Assembly: GCA_965228855.1 (NCBI GenBank)
Contig: CBDDIJ010000003.1
Location: 416,001 to 480,000, forward strand
DNA from: Candidatus Obscuribacterales bacterium
GTDB lineage: Bacteria; Cyanobacteriota; Vampirovibrionia; Obscuribacterales; Obscuribacteraceae
Length of the DNA stretch: 64,000 bases
Direction of reading: 5' to 3'
How positions within the stretch are numbered: position 1 is the first letter of the stretch; every line of letters starts with the position of its first letter. This document shows, in pieces, positions 8,734-18,692 of this stretch. The notes under the pieces are model-generated. The model searched no databases. It was not told the origin of the DNA and saw only the letters and a program-made list of their open reading frames with translations. A program made the position numbers and the translations under genes.

Positions 8734-11553
8734 ATGGTAAACACAGTTAAAGAACCGCAGCCAGAACTGGAAAGCATCGGCATCCGAAAGGTTTCGGAAG
8801 TCAAGAATGTGCACGAGTACGTGCTAGACAACGGTTTGAAAGTCTTGCTAATGGAGAACCACTCCGCTCCAGTCATTACTTTCCTTGTTCTTTACAAGGT
8901 TGGTAGCCGCAACGAAGGTGTCGGATACACAGGCGCGACCCACTTTCTGGAGCACATGCTCTTCAAAGGCACTAAGAAGCACAATCCTGATAAGGGAAAC
9001 GGCATCGACGATCTGCTGACTCAAATTGGCGCCTACTGGAATGCCACCACCTGGTTCGACCGCACCAGTTATTTCGAGGTTGTGCCTGCTGAATTTTTAG
9101 ATATGTGCGTCAAGCTCGAAGCTGACCGTATGCGTAATTTACTTCTTCGTCAGAGCGACCGCGACTCGGAAATGTCAGTCGTTAGAAATGAGCTTGAGCG
9201 CGGTGAAAACTATCCCGAAGAAGCGTTGGAGAAGGAACTGTATGCGGTGGCATTCCGTGAGCATCCCTATCACCATCCGACGATCGGCTGGCGCAGTGAC
9301 GTGGAAGGTGTGGCGCTGGACCGGCTGCGTGAGTTCTACGATACGTTCTATCATCCAAACAATGCCACCGTTATTTTGCTCGGTGATTTTGAACATCAAT
9401 CAGCGTTGCGTTTGATTCATAAGCATTATGGCTCGATCAAACCGTCACCGGCACCGATACCACATGTCTACACTGTCGAGCCACCACAGGAAGGCGAGCG
9501 CCGTTTTGAAATCGTTCGCGCCGGTGACTTGCCTAAGGTCTGGATGGGCTTCCACATCTCCGAAGCTGACCATGAAGACACCTATCCGCTTGCCGCGGCT
9601 CGTCACATTCTGGGAAGCAGTTTCGAACGCTCCAGTCGTTTGTATAAGTGCTTGATTGAAACCGAGATTGCAGCTGAGGCATTCTGCCGTCATGACGAGC
9701 TAAGGGACCCTGGCTTGTTCATAATAGGTGGAACTTTGAATCCAGGCGTACCAATCGAGAAAGCCGAGACAGCAATTCTTGAAGAGCTTCGGAGAATGGC
9801 GAGTGAGCCAGTGGGCGAAGAAGAATTGAGACGTGCCAAAAGCGCTAATCTGAAGGGAACGATTCTGGCGAAATCCGATCCTAGCTCAATGGCGTTTATG
9901 CTAGGTGAAGCCGAGTCCAAAGCGGACTGGATGTGGCTCATGAATTATGACGACAAGTTCGAGGCTGTCACCGCCGACGATATCATGCGTGTAATCGGAA
10001 AATACTTCATTAAAACCAACCGCACGATTGGGTATTTCAAACCGCAACAAATGGAAGACGTTCCGGCTCCGGCACCTCAATATGATGGTGTTGATGAGAT
10101 GGGTGAATACGCTGAAGAAGTGCCCGGACAGCTCCCTTCCGAATTCAAGGAACCGGAAGTGCAGACGCGTGAAATGGGCGGCGAAGATGCTTCATATCCG
10201 GCTGATGAACTTGAGAAATTGTTGGCTGAAGCACCAAAATCGGTCAAGGTCAAAATTCCCAAGTCGGTCACTTCCGGCAGTAAGTTTGTGGACCGCGTTT
10301 ATCAAGAGACGCTTCCCAACGGTTTAACCGTGATGGTCATGGAAAATCCCGGGACCGAATCCATAGGGTTCGCGTTCAACCTCAGGGCTGGTCGCTACTT
10401 CACCTGCAAAGACGAGAATAGTGCCCTTGCTGAACTTGTCGGCGAAATGCTGCCACGAGGTTCCAAAAAATACGACAAAACTCAGATTGCAGAAATGCTA
10501 GAGGATATGGGTATCCCCGGTGGTCTGGAGTTTGGCGTCGATAACTATCGCTTGAGTGTCGCGACCAATCTGGTGGCGTCTGATTTTAAAACCTACCTCG
10601 AGCTTCTCGATGATGTTTTGCGTAATCCTCTTATGGAAGAAGAGGAACTTCGAAAGGTTCGAGTTGAATGGACCGCAAAACTAGTTGAGGCCACCAATAA
10701 CACGCGCAGTGTTGCCTGGAATGGTTTGAAACGTATTCTGTATCCGGAATCACATCCGTTTTTCGAAAAGACATTTGCCGAGCAAATCGGAGAATTTGCT
10801 TCGGTAAACTCAGAACAGCTGCTTGCCGGGCATAAACGACTCGTCAGCCCGCAGTCAGCGGTCATGGCTATCGTTGGGGATATCACCGTTGAAGAGGCCA
10901 TGAAGATAGTCAAAGATCAGTTTGGAGATTGGACGGGTGAAAAACCAGGTGCGATCGCTATTCCGGATGTCACCATCTCTGATACCAGAAAATACTTCGA
11001 GATCAACTTGCCGGATAAGAGCAGCGCAGACATCATTTTGTCGCATCCTACGAGTTTGAAGCGCTCGGCCAAGGATTTTTATGCTGCAAGAATGGCTAAC
11101 GCGGCCCTTGGTCAAGACACGATAACCTCGCGCCTTGGACAGGTGGTCCGTGATCGAGCAGGATTGACATACGGTATCCATTCAGTATTCTCGGACACTG
11201 CATTTGGTGGCGCGCCGTGGTCCGTAATGCTGACTGTGAATCCGAAGAATATAGACAAGGCCCTTTTCCTTGTAGACAAAGTTCTCGACGAGTACATGGA
11301 GCGCGGCATATCGGAAGAAGAGCTTTCACGTGAAATTGGGCGTGCAGTCGGCTCATTTAAAGTGGGTCTTGCATCATCGATGGGCATCGCCAGGGTGCTT
11401 GCTGAGCTGGAATTCCTGGGGCTCGGAACGGCCGAGCTGGACAAGATAAGTAAGAAGTATTTATCCGTCACTAAGACTCAAGCCGACGATGCGATGCGCA
11501 AATACTTCCAGCCCAAAAATGCTACGGCAATGATTGCCGGAACGCTTCCCTGA
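8734..11553 (+). CDS. M16 (pitrilysin-family) zinc peptidase, both halves in one chain
   Basis: HFLEHMLFKG (HxxEH), NATTWFDRTSY, and a second LPNGLTV half that lacks the zinc motif. Confidence 0.95.
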   Translation: MVNTVKEPQPELESIGIRKVSEVKNVHEYVLDNGLKVLLMENHSAPVITFLVLYKVGSRNEGVGYTGATHFLEHMLFKGTKKHNPDKGNGIDDLLTQIGAYWNATTWFDRTSYFEVVPAEFLDMCVKLEADRMRNLLLRQSDRDSEMSVVRNELERGENYPEEALEKELYAVAFREHPYHHPTIGWRSDVEGVALDRLREFYDTFYHPNNATVILLGDFEHQSALRLIHKHYGSIKPSPAPIPHVYTVEPPQEGERRFEIVRAGDLPKVWMGFHISEADHEDTYPLAAARHILGSSFERSSRLYKCLIETEIAAEAFCRHDELRDPGLFIIGGTLNPGVPIEKAETAILEELRRMASEPVGEEELRRAKSANLKGTILAKSDPSSMAFMLGEAESKADWMWLMNYDDKFEAVTADDIMRVIGKYFIKTNRTIGYFKPQQMEDVPAPAPQYDGVDEMGEYAEEVPGQLPSEFKEPEVQTREMGGEDASYPADELEKLLAEAPKSVKVKIPKSVTSGSKFVDRVYQETLPNGLTVMVMENPGTESIGFAFNLRAGRYFTCKDENSALAELVGEMLPRGSKKYDKTQIAEMLEDMGIPGGLEFGVDNYRLSVATNLVASDFKTYLELLDDVLRNPLMEEEELRKVRVEWTAKLVEATNNTRSVAWNGLKRILYPESHPFFEKTFAEQIGEFASVNSEQLLAGHKRLVSPQSAVMAIVGDITVEEAMKIVKDQFGDWTGEKPGAIAIPDVTISDTRKYFEINLPDKSSADIILSHPTSLKRSAKDFYAARMANAALGQDTITSRLGQVVRDRAGLTYGIHSVFSDTAFGGAPWSVMLTVNPKNIDKALFLVDKVLDEYMERGISEEELSREIGRAVGSFKVGLASSMGIARVLAELEFLGLGTAELDKISKKYLSVTKTQADDAMRKYFQPKNATAMIAGTLP

Positions 11554-11693
11554 GTTGCCATTACGGGTGGTACTAGTGTCACCCGTGATGCCTGACAAAT
11601 ATATCGTCCTCGAATTTGGAGGACGATATCTCTGTACATATAGATCGATTTTGGCTAACATTAGCCTGGCTTACTAGAGAGCGGGCATATCAA

Positions 11694-12347
11694 ATGAGCA
11701 ACCACCAAGTTTCATCGCAGTATACGCACACACCGGACCTATTGAGTCTGGAGGGGCTTGATGATTTTCTCTGCGGTCTCATCGACGAATTGTTTCACGT
11801 CGAAGCCGAAGGTCCACAAGAAAATTCCAGTCGAGCAGAACTGGCTTTGATTGAAAGCGATATCATCGACGATATCGAAAATAATGACAGAGGAAATGTA
11901 GTTTCGGCGCTTCCTGGTTTGTTTGCAAGAAGTGCTGCGGCAGCTAAATCGATTGATGAGCGTCCGAGCCTTTTCGAAGGAGACGCGGACACGAATCAAT
12001 GGCTCCTGAGAGTAAAACTTTTAGAGTCGCAACTCGACTACAGAACGAATGAACTTCAAGAATCGCTGCGTCGCATGCGATGGTTGGAGAATGAACTGGC
12101 TTCTCGTGAGGATCAAGTAAAGTACTTGCCTGAGCTTTTAAAGCGCAGTGTAGACGCGACCCGGTATGAGTTGGAACTGGATGACCTCAAGCTCAAGTTG
12201 GAATTTCTAACTAGCGAGCTTAGTTCGGCAAATGAGCAATTAGCTACAATCAAGGCAAATTGGTTGGGGCGTTTAAGTCTTTGGCTGGCGTCAAAGAAAG
12301 CAGATATGGAGCGAACGGAGCAACCTATCTGTGAGGCGAGCGATTAG
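11694..12347 (+). CDS. Hypothetical coiled-coil protein
   Basis: Long ORF with a heptad-rich C-terminal half. ATG at 11694 is preferred over the TTG at 11616. Confidence 0.65.
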   Translation: MSNHQVSSQYTHTPDLLSLEGLDDFLCGLIDELFHVEAEGPQENSSRAELALIESDIIDDIENNDRGNVVSALPGLFARSAAAAKSIDERPSLFEGDADTNQWLLRVKLLESQLDYRTNELQESLRRMRWLENELASREDQVKYLPELLKRSVDATRYELELDDLKLKLEFLTSELSSANEQLATIKANWLGRLSLWLASKKADMERTEQPICEASD

Positions 12348-12374
12348 TCGATCGTCTGAGACAAACGTTTTGCG

Positions 12375-12405
12375 GACGCCCTGTTTCGACGGGGCGTTTG
12401 TCTTT
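12375..12405 (+). terminator. Probable intrinsic terminator
   Basis: GACGCCCTGT-TTCG-ACGGGGCGTT hairpin followed by TGTCTTT. Confidence 0.6.
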
Positions 12406-12419
12406 GGTAAACTGGACGA

Positions 12420-13190
12420 ATGAAACCGAATGGAACTCGCTCTTCAGTTTGCTCGATAACAAGTTTTCTTGTCGGTCATCTATCGCCGGTATCACTTACT
12501 ATGCGATTAGTGTCAGCTACGGTCGGTTTGACGATCATCAGCTCTTCAGCTGCAACTCTTCCGCCGGCATTCTGCCAGGCTGACGGTTATGAATCAAGTT
12601 CCGACGAACAGCCACAGTTCATAATTTACCTTCCACGAGGCGACGGTACGAAAGGCACATTTGGAGGTGTTGTTCCGACTGGGACCCTGGCTCAATCGGA
12701 TTGGTTTATTCTCGATCAAAAAGCAAGGCAGTCCATTCTGGACGAAAATTTGTCAAACGCGGAAAACCTTTTCAAGCAAGGCATTCAAAAGGCTGAAGCT
12801 AAAGCGATGTACGAACCAGGGGTGATAAATTCGTTTTGCGGTCTAGCGTTTCTCTATCACAAGCAAGGTAATAACGCCGAGTCTGAGCGCGTTTACGAAT
12901 ACGCGATGCGGTATTTGGAAGGAGTGTCCGGTGGGCGTGATAGCGCACGATTCGCGGACTACTTGCCGGACCTGGCGTGGCTGTACAATTCTCACGGCAA
13001 GCCTGACAAGGCGGAAGTTTTATTGAAAAGTGCCGTTGCAATTCGCGAGCGTCGCTTCGGAGAGTACAGCAAGGAGCTTGAAAAAAGTCTGGGCGACTAC
13101 GCATACTTCCTGCGCAAAAATGGTCGCGACACTGAAGCTCGGCATCTAGATGCAAGGATCAAATTGATTCAAAGTCATGTTTCTGAGTAA
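12420..13190 (+). CDS. TPR protein, probably exported (start uncertain)
   Basis: TPR-like helices GLAFLYHKQGNNAESERVY and DLAWLYNSHGKPDKAEVLL. Confidence 0.75.
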   Translation: MKPNGTRSSVCSITSFLVGHLSPVSLTMRLVSATVGLTIISSSAATLPPAFCQADGYESSSDEQPQFIIYLPRGDGTKGTFGGVVPTGTLAQSDWFILDQKARQSILDENLSNAENLFKQGIQKAEAKAMYEPGVINSFCGLAFLYHKQGNNAESERVYEYAMRYLEGVSGGRDSARFADYLPDLAWLYNSHGKPDKAEVLLKSAVAIRERRFGEYSKELEKSLGDYAYFLRKNGRDTEARHLDARIKLIQSHVSE

Positions 13191-13217
13191 AGCCGGCGCA
13201 CCATATATGGAGGCAAC

Positions 13218-14075
13218 GTGGACGAACTCGACGCTACCATGCTCTGGGAAGAGAACGCGGAAGCCTGGACTCAGTTGGCTCGCATGGGTTATGACATATA
13301 CCGCGACGGATGTAACAGTCCGGCTTTTCTAAACATGCTGCCGCCGGTAACGGGTTTAAGCGGGCTGGATGTTGGATGTGGTGAAGGCGCCAACACCAGA
13401 AGTGTGGCGGCTCTAGGGGCGACGATGGTGGGAGTGGATGTTTCCCCCACCTTCATCAAGCACGCGCAGGGTTTCGAACAGAGAAGTGATTCCGGAAAGG
13501 CGCATGAATTGCCGATTGATGATAAGCCAGTGCCAGCGTCTTCACCTGTTGAGTACCTCGTGACTGATGGGGCTCTGCTGCCATTTGCCTCCCAGAGTTT
13601 TGATTTCGTTATGTCGACGATGGTTTTAATGGACATCGAAAATGTTGAGGCTACGCTGAAAGAGATAAATCGCGTGATGAAACGAGATGGATTTTTTCAG
13701 TTTTCAATTGTGCATCCTTGCTTTCAGACTCCCGGAATGCGTTGGATCCTCGATAGCTCTGGTAATCGAAATGGCGTTGAGGCCGCTCGATATTTTCAAG
13801 AAGGTCGCATAGACGATGAATGGACATTCAGCGCAGCTCCGGCGGAAGTTCTAAAGGCGTTTAAACCATTTCGTGTTGCTCATTTTCATCGCACCTTGAG
13901 CAGTTGGATGACACTGCTTCGCACTACCGGTTTCTTTCTGGATGCGCTTTTAGAGCCGTGTCCCGATGACGCTGCAATTGCAAAGTATCCACCGCTTCGT
14001 TGTATGAAGGAGGTGCCGCTGTTTCTGCACATGAGAGTTTTAATAGACCCGCAATCGCCTATTGGATATGATTAG
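13218..14075 (+). CDS. Class I SAM-dependent methyltransferase
   Basis: GLDVGCGEG motif I and LPFASQSFDFV; GGAGG RBS before the GTG. Confidence 0.9.
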   Translation: MDELDATMLWEENAEAWTQLARMGYDIYRDGCNSPAFLNMLPPVTGLSGLDVGCGEGANTRSVAALGATMVGVDVSPTFIKHAQGFEQRSDSGKAHELPIDDKPVPASSPVEYLVTDGALLPFASQSFDFVMSTMVLMDIENVEATLKEINRVMKRDGFFQFSIVHPCFQTPGMRWILDSSGNRNGVEAARYFQEGRIDDEWTFSAAPAEVLKAFKPFRVAHFHRTLSSWMTLLRTTGFFLDALLEPCPDDAAIAKYPPLRCMKEVPLFLHMRVLIDPQSPIGYD

Positions 14076-14155
14076 GCAAATCATTTTTAGTGAATGATTC
14101 TTTTAGCAGTCAGTCTTATTACTAACCGAGTTGATGATTCGGGCAAATCTAGCCA

Positions 14156-15355
14156 ATGAGTAAACGTTCGACCCCGGTCTTAATCGGAGATCTGCTTGTT
14201 AAGTCGGAGCTGGTTTCGCTCGGTCAATTTGCCGATGCTATGCCGATTTCGCTTAAAACCGGTTTGCCGGTCGGACGGGTTCTTGTCGGTTCCGGTTTTC
14301 TTACCGAACCAGAGTTCAAGGCAGCGGTAACGGCTCAATCTCTGGTTCGCGAGAATTTGTTGCCTATGGAAATGGCAATCAACTCCTTGCGACTGGCACG
14401 CCAGCAGCGACTTACTTTCGACGAGGCGCTCAGGAAGATTGGTTGGAAATCTGAGTACTACGAAGCCACCAATCGGCTTGGCGACCTGATTGTTGACGCC
14501 GGTTGCATGAAGGCTGCGGATCTAGAGGGTGCACTAGATGCATGTTTTACCTCGGGACTGCCTCTGGGACGCGTTCTAGTGTTGCGGGGCGTATGCAATG
14601 AGATGCTGACATATGCGGCGTTAACCGCTCAGGTCCTGCTTCGCGAAGGAAACATCACGCGAGAGCAGGCGCTAGAAGGGCTCAAGATCGTAAACCAGCG
14701 CAAGATTACGATGGAAGAGTCACTCGATCAGCAAGGTCTGATTGCCAAACGCGGTCACACAATCCGGCTTGGAGAGCTGTTGATGCTCGCCAGTTTGGTG
14801 TCCGAGATCGATTTGTTGTCGGCGGTTGAACGCGGAATGCTTGATGAACAGCCGATAGGACAGGTCCTGGTGCGAGTCGGATTGATAACCGAGCAGACTC
14901 TGGAACAGGCACTCCAGCTGCAAAATCTAGTAACCAGAGCGCAGTTGAGACCTCTGGATGCTGCCGAGGTGCTCAAAAAGGTACGAAAGACCGGAGTCTC
15001 CATTGAGAAAGCGATTGCCGAGCTGAGCGGGGGCGCTGCCAGCGGCAATGGCTTCGACGTTATGGAGTTGCCGGAGCTTCTGAGAGCCGCTGGATTACTC
15101 GCCCATACGGATATGATTAAAGCCATCGACCAGAGCTCTGCTACCGGTGTGTCCGTCGAGCAAGTGTTGATGAACAGTCACCTCGTGGACAAGGTGACTA
15201 TGGACGCGGCGTCTCGCTGTCAGGCTCTTTTGAAGGCTGGACAAATAAGTCAGGAGCAATGCGTGTTTGCTTTGCAGACCTGGATAGGTTCGCGTCGAGA
15301 TATCGACCAGATCCTTTCAGGTGTGGGCTGGAAACCTGTACAGACACAGCTTTAG
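14156..15355 (+). CDS. Stand-alone protein of four tandem MshEN/T2SSE_N-like domains
   Basis: Four ~97-aa units, each with two RLGxxLxxxGxxxxxxLxxAL-type motifs, e.g. RLGDLIVDAG, RLGELLMLASLVS and PIGQVLVRVGLITEQTLEQALQLQ. Confidence 0.75.
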   Translation: MSKRSTPVLIGDLLVKSELVSLGQFADAMPISLKTGLPVGRVLVGSGFLTEPEFKAAVTAQSLVRENLLPMEMAINSLRLARQQRLTFDEALRKIGWKSEYYEATNRLGDLIVDAGCMKAADLEGALDACFTSGLPLGRVLVLRGVCNEMLTYAALTAQVLLREGNITREQALEGLKIVNQRKITMEESLDQQGLIAKRGHTIRLGELLMLASLVSEIDLLSAVERGMLDEQPIGQVLVRVGLITEQTLEQALQLQNLVTRAQLRPLDAAEVLKKVRKTGVSIEKAIAELSGGAASGNGFDVMELPELLRAAGLLAHTDMIKAIDQSSATGVSVEQVLMNSHLVDKVTMDAASRCQALLKAGQISQEQCVFALQTWIGSRRDIDQILSGVGWKPVQTQL

Positions 15356-15372
15356 GGAATTGCCCCGTAAGA

Positions 15373-15402
15373 AAAGCTCACCGCACAATCGTGGTGAGCC
15401 TT
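15373..15402. terminator. Hairpin between convergent genes, possible bidirectional terminator
   Basis: GCTCACCGC-ACAATC-GTGGTGAGC. Confidence 0.5.
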
Positions 15403-15431
15403 GAAATCACTTGCAGATAGCTCTTTCTAAG

Positions 15432-16124
15432 CTAATCCGATATGACTACACAGTTGCCGCCCTTATCGACAGCGGTGTTGAGCGCCTTTTCCAGCTTCTG
15501 GAACATCTCGTCATAGTTGGCACAATGGGCGGGAAACGAGGCTATACCCAGGCTGAGCGTGACATGCCAGTTCTGTGTCAAGTCTGAGACACGTTCAAGT
15601 TGAATTTTCGAGCGCATACGCTCGGCTAGAATCGATGTGCCTTGAGCGTCTGTTTCCGGGCAAAGCACGAGCATCTGCTCGGCGCTGTAGCGTGCTGGCA
15701 CGTCTACGTCACGAATTGTTCTCATCACGAAGTCTGAGACGCCACGAAGAATTGAGTCCGCTACGTCATGACCATGACTTTGCTGAATTCCGTACAGTCC
15801 GTCGACGAGAAACATCAAAAGCGTGCAGTCATGCTTGTATCGCTTCGAACGCTTGAGCTCGTCACTGATGATTCTGGTGATAGTATTGTGGTTATAGAAC
15901 TGCGTGACATTGTCCAGAAGCGTGATTCGCTCCATCTCTTTCGGATCTGTCTGCGAAAGAGTGCTTTGTACGTTGGTGAGATAACTGCCCTGCTCGAGCT
16001 CCTTCAAGCGACTTTGCGTATCGCTCTGGGATTGTTGTTGAACGCGTCCGGTCTTTCTAAGCATGTTCAGCTTTTGGCGAAAAAGACCTTCTCTCCCCAT
16101 CAACGGTTCTTGTTGATCGCGCAC
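15432..16124 (-). CDS. Degenerate GGDEF-domain protein with intact RxxD I-site
   Basis: ELKRSKRY...LLMFLVD, IRDVDVPARYSAEQM (GGDEF replaced by SAEQM), VTLSLGIASFP and KGGNCV. Confidence 0.85.
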   Translation of the reverse strand: MRDQQEPLMGREGLFRQKLNMLRKTGRVQQQSQSDTQSRLKELEQGSYLTNVQSTLSQTDPKEMERITLLDNVTQFYNHNTITRIISDELKRSKRYKHDCTLLMFLVDGLYGIQQSHGHDVADSILRGVSDFVMRTIRDVDVPARYSAEQMLVLCPETDAQGTSILAERMRSKIQLERVSDLTQNWHVTLSLGIASFPAHCANYDEMFQKLEKALNTAVDKGGNCVVISD

Positions 16125-16176
16125 GGCATGTTCTCCCTTGGGTGTACCTTAGCTTTGTATAACATATATGCTAAGG

Positions 16177-16216
16177 ATTATACTAGGAAAACACATATAT
16201 ACAACACAGCTGTGTT
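16177..16216 (-). promoter_or_regulatory. Putative promoter of the GGDEF gene with a palindromic site
   Basis: TATAAT on the - strand at 16177-16182, and a perfect 14-bp palindrome AACACAGCTGTGTT at 16203-16216 around the -35 position. Confidence 0.45.
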
Positions 16217-16673
16217 AAGTGCTGTCGGCTAACCGTTAGCAGTCTCGAAAAATGAACCTTGCCTTACTGTTCCACCGCTATTTTTCAAAATTGTTCGAAA
16301 TGACATTACAGATGGTGGCATGTAAGCTTGCATTCCCCAAAAATTCGCCTCTGATCTCTGTATGTTATCGATATGTGACAGACGTGCGATCGGGGTGTTG
16401 TCATGAAAAGTTTTGACAGAAAACTTTTCGAAGAAGAATAGATGTAATGAGGTCTGCGATTGCCTCATCGCTATATGACAACTGCCGTGATGTCGCCAAT
16501 GGTGGCGACCCAAAAAGTTTATGTGTCGAAATTTTGTTGAGGGTTGACCGGGTGTTAAACTATTTCCAATCTTGATTGCCGAAACGAACCGGCTCATTGT
16601 CAAGTAACCTGTATATTGAATCTGTATTTGAGGCTCGCCTTCGCGATCGATTCCAGGCGGCTCGGGAGAAAAA

Positions 16674-17366
16674 ATGTTTTCTACAACCAGAACTCTTCCG
16701 GTGAAACTATTCGCCGGGCTAATGTTGTGTCTCTTCTTTCTCCAGTCCACGCCTTGCTTCGCCGAAGATCTAGCCGATTCACCACATATGGTGCAGGAGC
16801 GTCTCGAAAAGGGTGAGGTGGTTTGCGGTCTGGAAACGCTGGGCAAAACCCGCTTCGTAACTGGTCGTGTGCTCATAGATCAGCCTCCGGAAAAGGTTTG
16901 GCCGGTTATGGTCAACCCCTTCGAGTTTCAACAAAAGATTTCGCCGCGCATGAAATCAGTTGATGTAACCGTCGACCAATTGCATAAATCGGTCATGACA
17001 GTGAGCATGGACACTTTTCCGATTCCGGACATTTCTTACACTGTCGAGTCTGAGTACACGCGCACCGAGCATGGTGCGCGCATTGACTTCCACCGGATAG
17101 GTGGAACGCTGAAGGATTTCAAAGGTCACTGGTTGATTAATCCTGCCTGTCAGGGGAAGAAAACCGAATTGATCTACAGCATGTATCTGGACCCCGGATT
17201 CTACGTGCCTCAGTGGATTGTGCGCTTTGGTGTCAAACAGGAATTGCCGAAGACACTGTTAGCGTTGCGCAAACGCGTTGAAGAAGTCGTGGGAAATAAC
17301 GCAAGTCTGGAAAAGAAGACGATACTAGCTGCGACACCACTTCACAAGCACCATATCACCTACTAG
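16674..17366 (+). CDS. Exported SRPBCC/START (polyketide cyclase-like) protein
   Basis: Signal peptide, GRVLIDQPPEKVW, GTLKDFKGHW and LDPGFYVPQWIV. Confidence 0.8.
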   Translation: MFSTTRTLPVKLFAGLMLCLFFLQSTPCFAEDLADSPHMVQERLEKGEVVCGLETLGKTRFVTGRVLIDQPPEKVWPVMVNPFEFQQKISPRMKSVDVTVDQLHKSVMTVSMDTFPIPDISYTVESEYTRTEHGARIDFHRIGGTLKDFKGHWLINPACQGKKTELIYSMYLDPGFYVPQWIVRFGVKQELPKTLLALRKRVEEVVGNNASLEKKTILAATPLHKHHITY

Positions 17367-17416
17367 ACGTAGCACTCACGGCAATTTGAAAGATGTTGAC
17401 GCTGGGTGCAAGCCGT

Positions 17417-17458
17417 AAAAACAAAAACACCGCTCAGATTTTACTCTCGAGCAGTGTT
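17417..17458 (-). terminator. Intrinsic terminator
   Basis: On the - strand: AACACTGCTC-N13-GAGCGGTGTT followed by TTTGTTTTT. Confidence 0.75.
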
Positions 17459-17632
17459 AGCGCTACTGTCTGACTTGCCCCTTGCGGAGGGCTCAGTATT
17501 TCATCGTGCTCACAATCAGAAGCTCACACGTTGCGGACTCACAAGGTACAGTTTCTGGCGGGCGCCGCCTGTCGTTTCCCCTTGGTCCCTCGGCTCAACA
17601 TGTCTCACTTGGGAGGCATTCACCGTTTATGC
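17417..17632 (-). ncRNA. Candidate stand-alone structured ncRNA (~215 nt), family unassigned
   Basis: TATACT -10 box at 17638-17643. Nested helices ACAUGUUG/CAACGUGU, GGAC/GUCC, CAAGG/CCUUG, ACAG/CUGU and GCGG/CCGC, a GCAA-tetraloop hairpin, and a terminator at the end. No credible ORF. Confidence 0.5.
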
Positions 17633-17912
17633 AAATTAGTATATCGCATGATTCGATAACTAAAAGTACCCCAATGGACATTTAATTTAAGCTTACTACG
17701 CGTTGTCACTTATGGCTATCCATGCTGTTCTTTGTTGAAAAGTAGATTAACAAGCGCTGGGACCACAAAGCCGAAGAGCTCAATCGGCATTTATTTGTGG
17801 TTCTATATATGGTGGCGCGCGATCGCGTCTGTTTTGGATATAGATCGGATATGCTTTGTTGCCGTTTTTGTTGATAAACCAGGTCAAGAGCCTTGTTCTG
17901 GTTTTAAAAACA

Positions 17913-18503
17913 TTAGAGTTTGCGGGAATTTCGGATTAACTCTCGCACTCCTGGCAGGTCCATGCGCTTCATTGGCTTCCTCGTCACGGATGAATACGGA
18001 ACTACGTCTCGCGTACTCCAGGCATAGACAGTTATTTCGACTGGATAGTTTTTCTCAAGCCATTTCAAGTGCACAAAGCTGCCTTTGATGTTTTCAACCA
18101 GTTCTTCTTCGACGCCTTCGAAACCCCAGTCTTCAAGAGCCTCTTTGATATCCTCGAAGTGATCGCAATATGCATGGAAGTCGATGTCGGATGTCAAACG
18201 AATTTTGCCGCTTAGAGTGCTGCCGATCAAAAAGGGATCAAATTGCTGAATTGCCTCCATGACTTCTACTGCTATTTCTCGCATTTCGCGAAGGCGCGTT
18301 TTATGCTCTTCTTCGCCTAGTTCTGTTTTTGTGAAAAGTCCGATCAATTCCTTGATGACTTTGTTCGACGGCATCCGTGCGGAATTTGATATGCCTAGCA
18401 TCATCTCTGCCCGTTCCTTCGCGTGCAAATATTCAGCGTCAAGACCGGTCGCCATGAACCGTGCCGCCTCCTCTGCGACACGTCGTCGAGACTGTTTTTT
18501 CAT
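17913..18503 (-). CDS. Pol-beta-superfamily nucleotidyltransferase-domain protein
   Basis: LIGSTLSG...SDIDFH (GS...DxD) and the N-terminal RRRVAEEAARFM...AK...PSN helical region. Confidence 0.8.
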   Translation of the reverse strand: MKKQSRRRVAEEAARFMATGLDAEYLHAKERAEMMLGISNSARMPSNKVIKELIGLFTKTELGEEEHKTRLREMREIAVEVMEAIQQFDPFLIGSTLSGKIRLTSDIDFHAYCDHFEDIKEALEDWGFEGVEEELVENIKGSFVHLKWLEKNYPVEITVYAWSTRDVVPYSSVTRKPMKRMDLPGVRELIRNSRKL

Positions 18504-18692
18504 TATTAGACAAGCCGCTAGCTTGCTTTTGGGAAATTCGAATTCGCAAATGAATTCTAAAGTCAGTTCTAGCTCATGTATTATTCCTTGTCAACCGCTG
18601 GTCGCAAGTTTACCGGAAGTAACGAAAGTCGGCGGGACATTCGCTTTCCTCGTATGCTGAAGTGAGACATTGTCGTTTGGAGAGCAGCACGA

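Noticed and set aside
16229..16876. Long alternative ORFs (16229-16876 -, 26068-26835 -, 58470-59096 -, 36456-36962 - and others)
   Set aside because: They are antisense shadows of better-supported genes and have no recognisable motifs.
17460..17632. Cobalamin, lysine or T-box riboswitch interpretation of the structured RNA
   Set aside because: Fragments such as GGGAA, ACUGUA, AGUCAG and GCGCUA are not in consensus arrangement, there is no T-box sequence, and no gene follows on the same strand.
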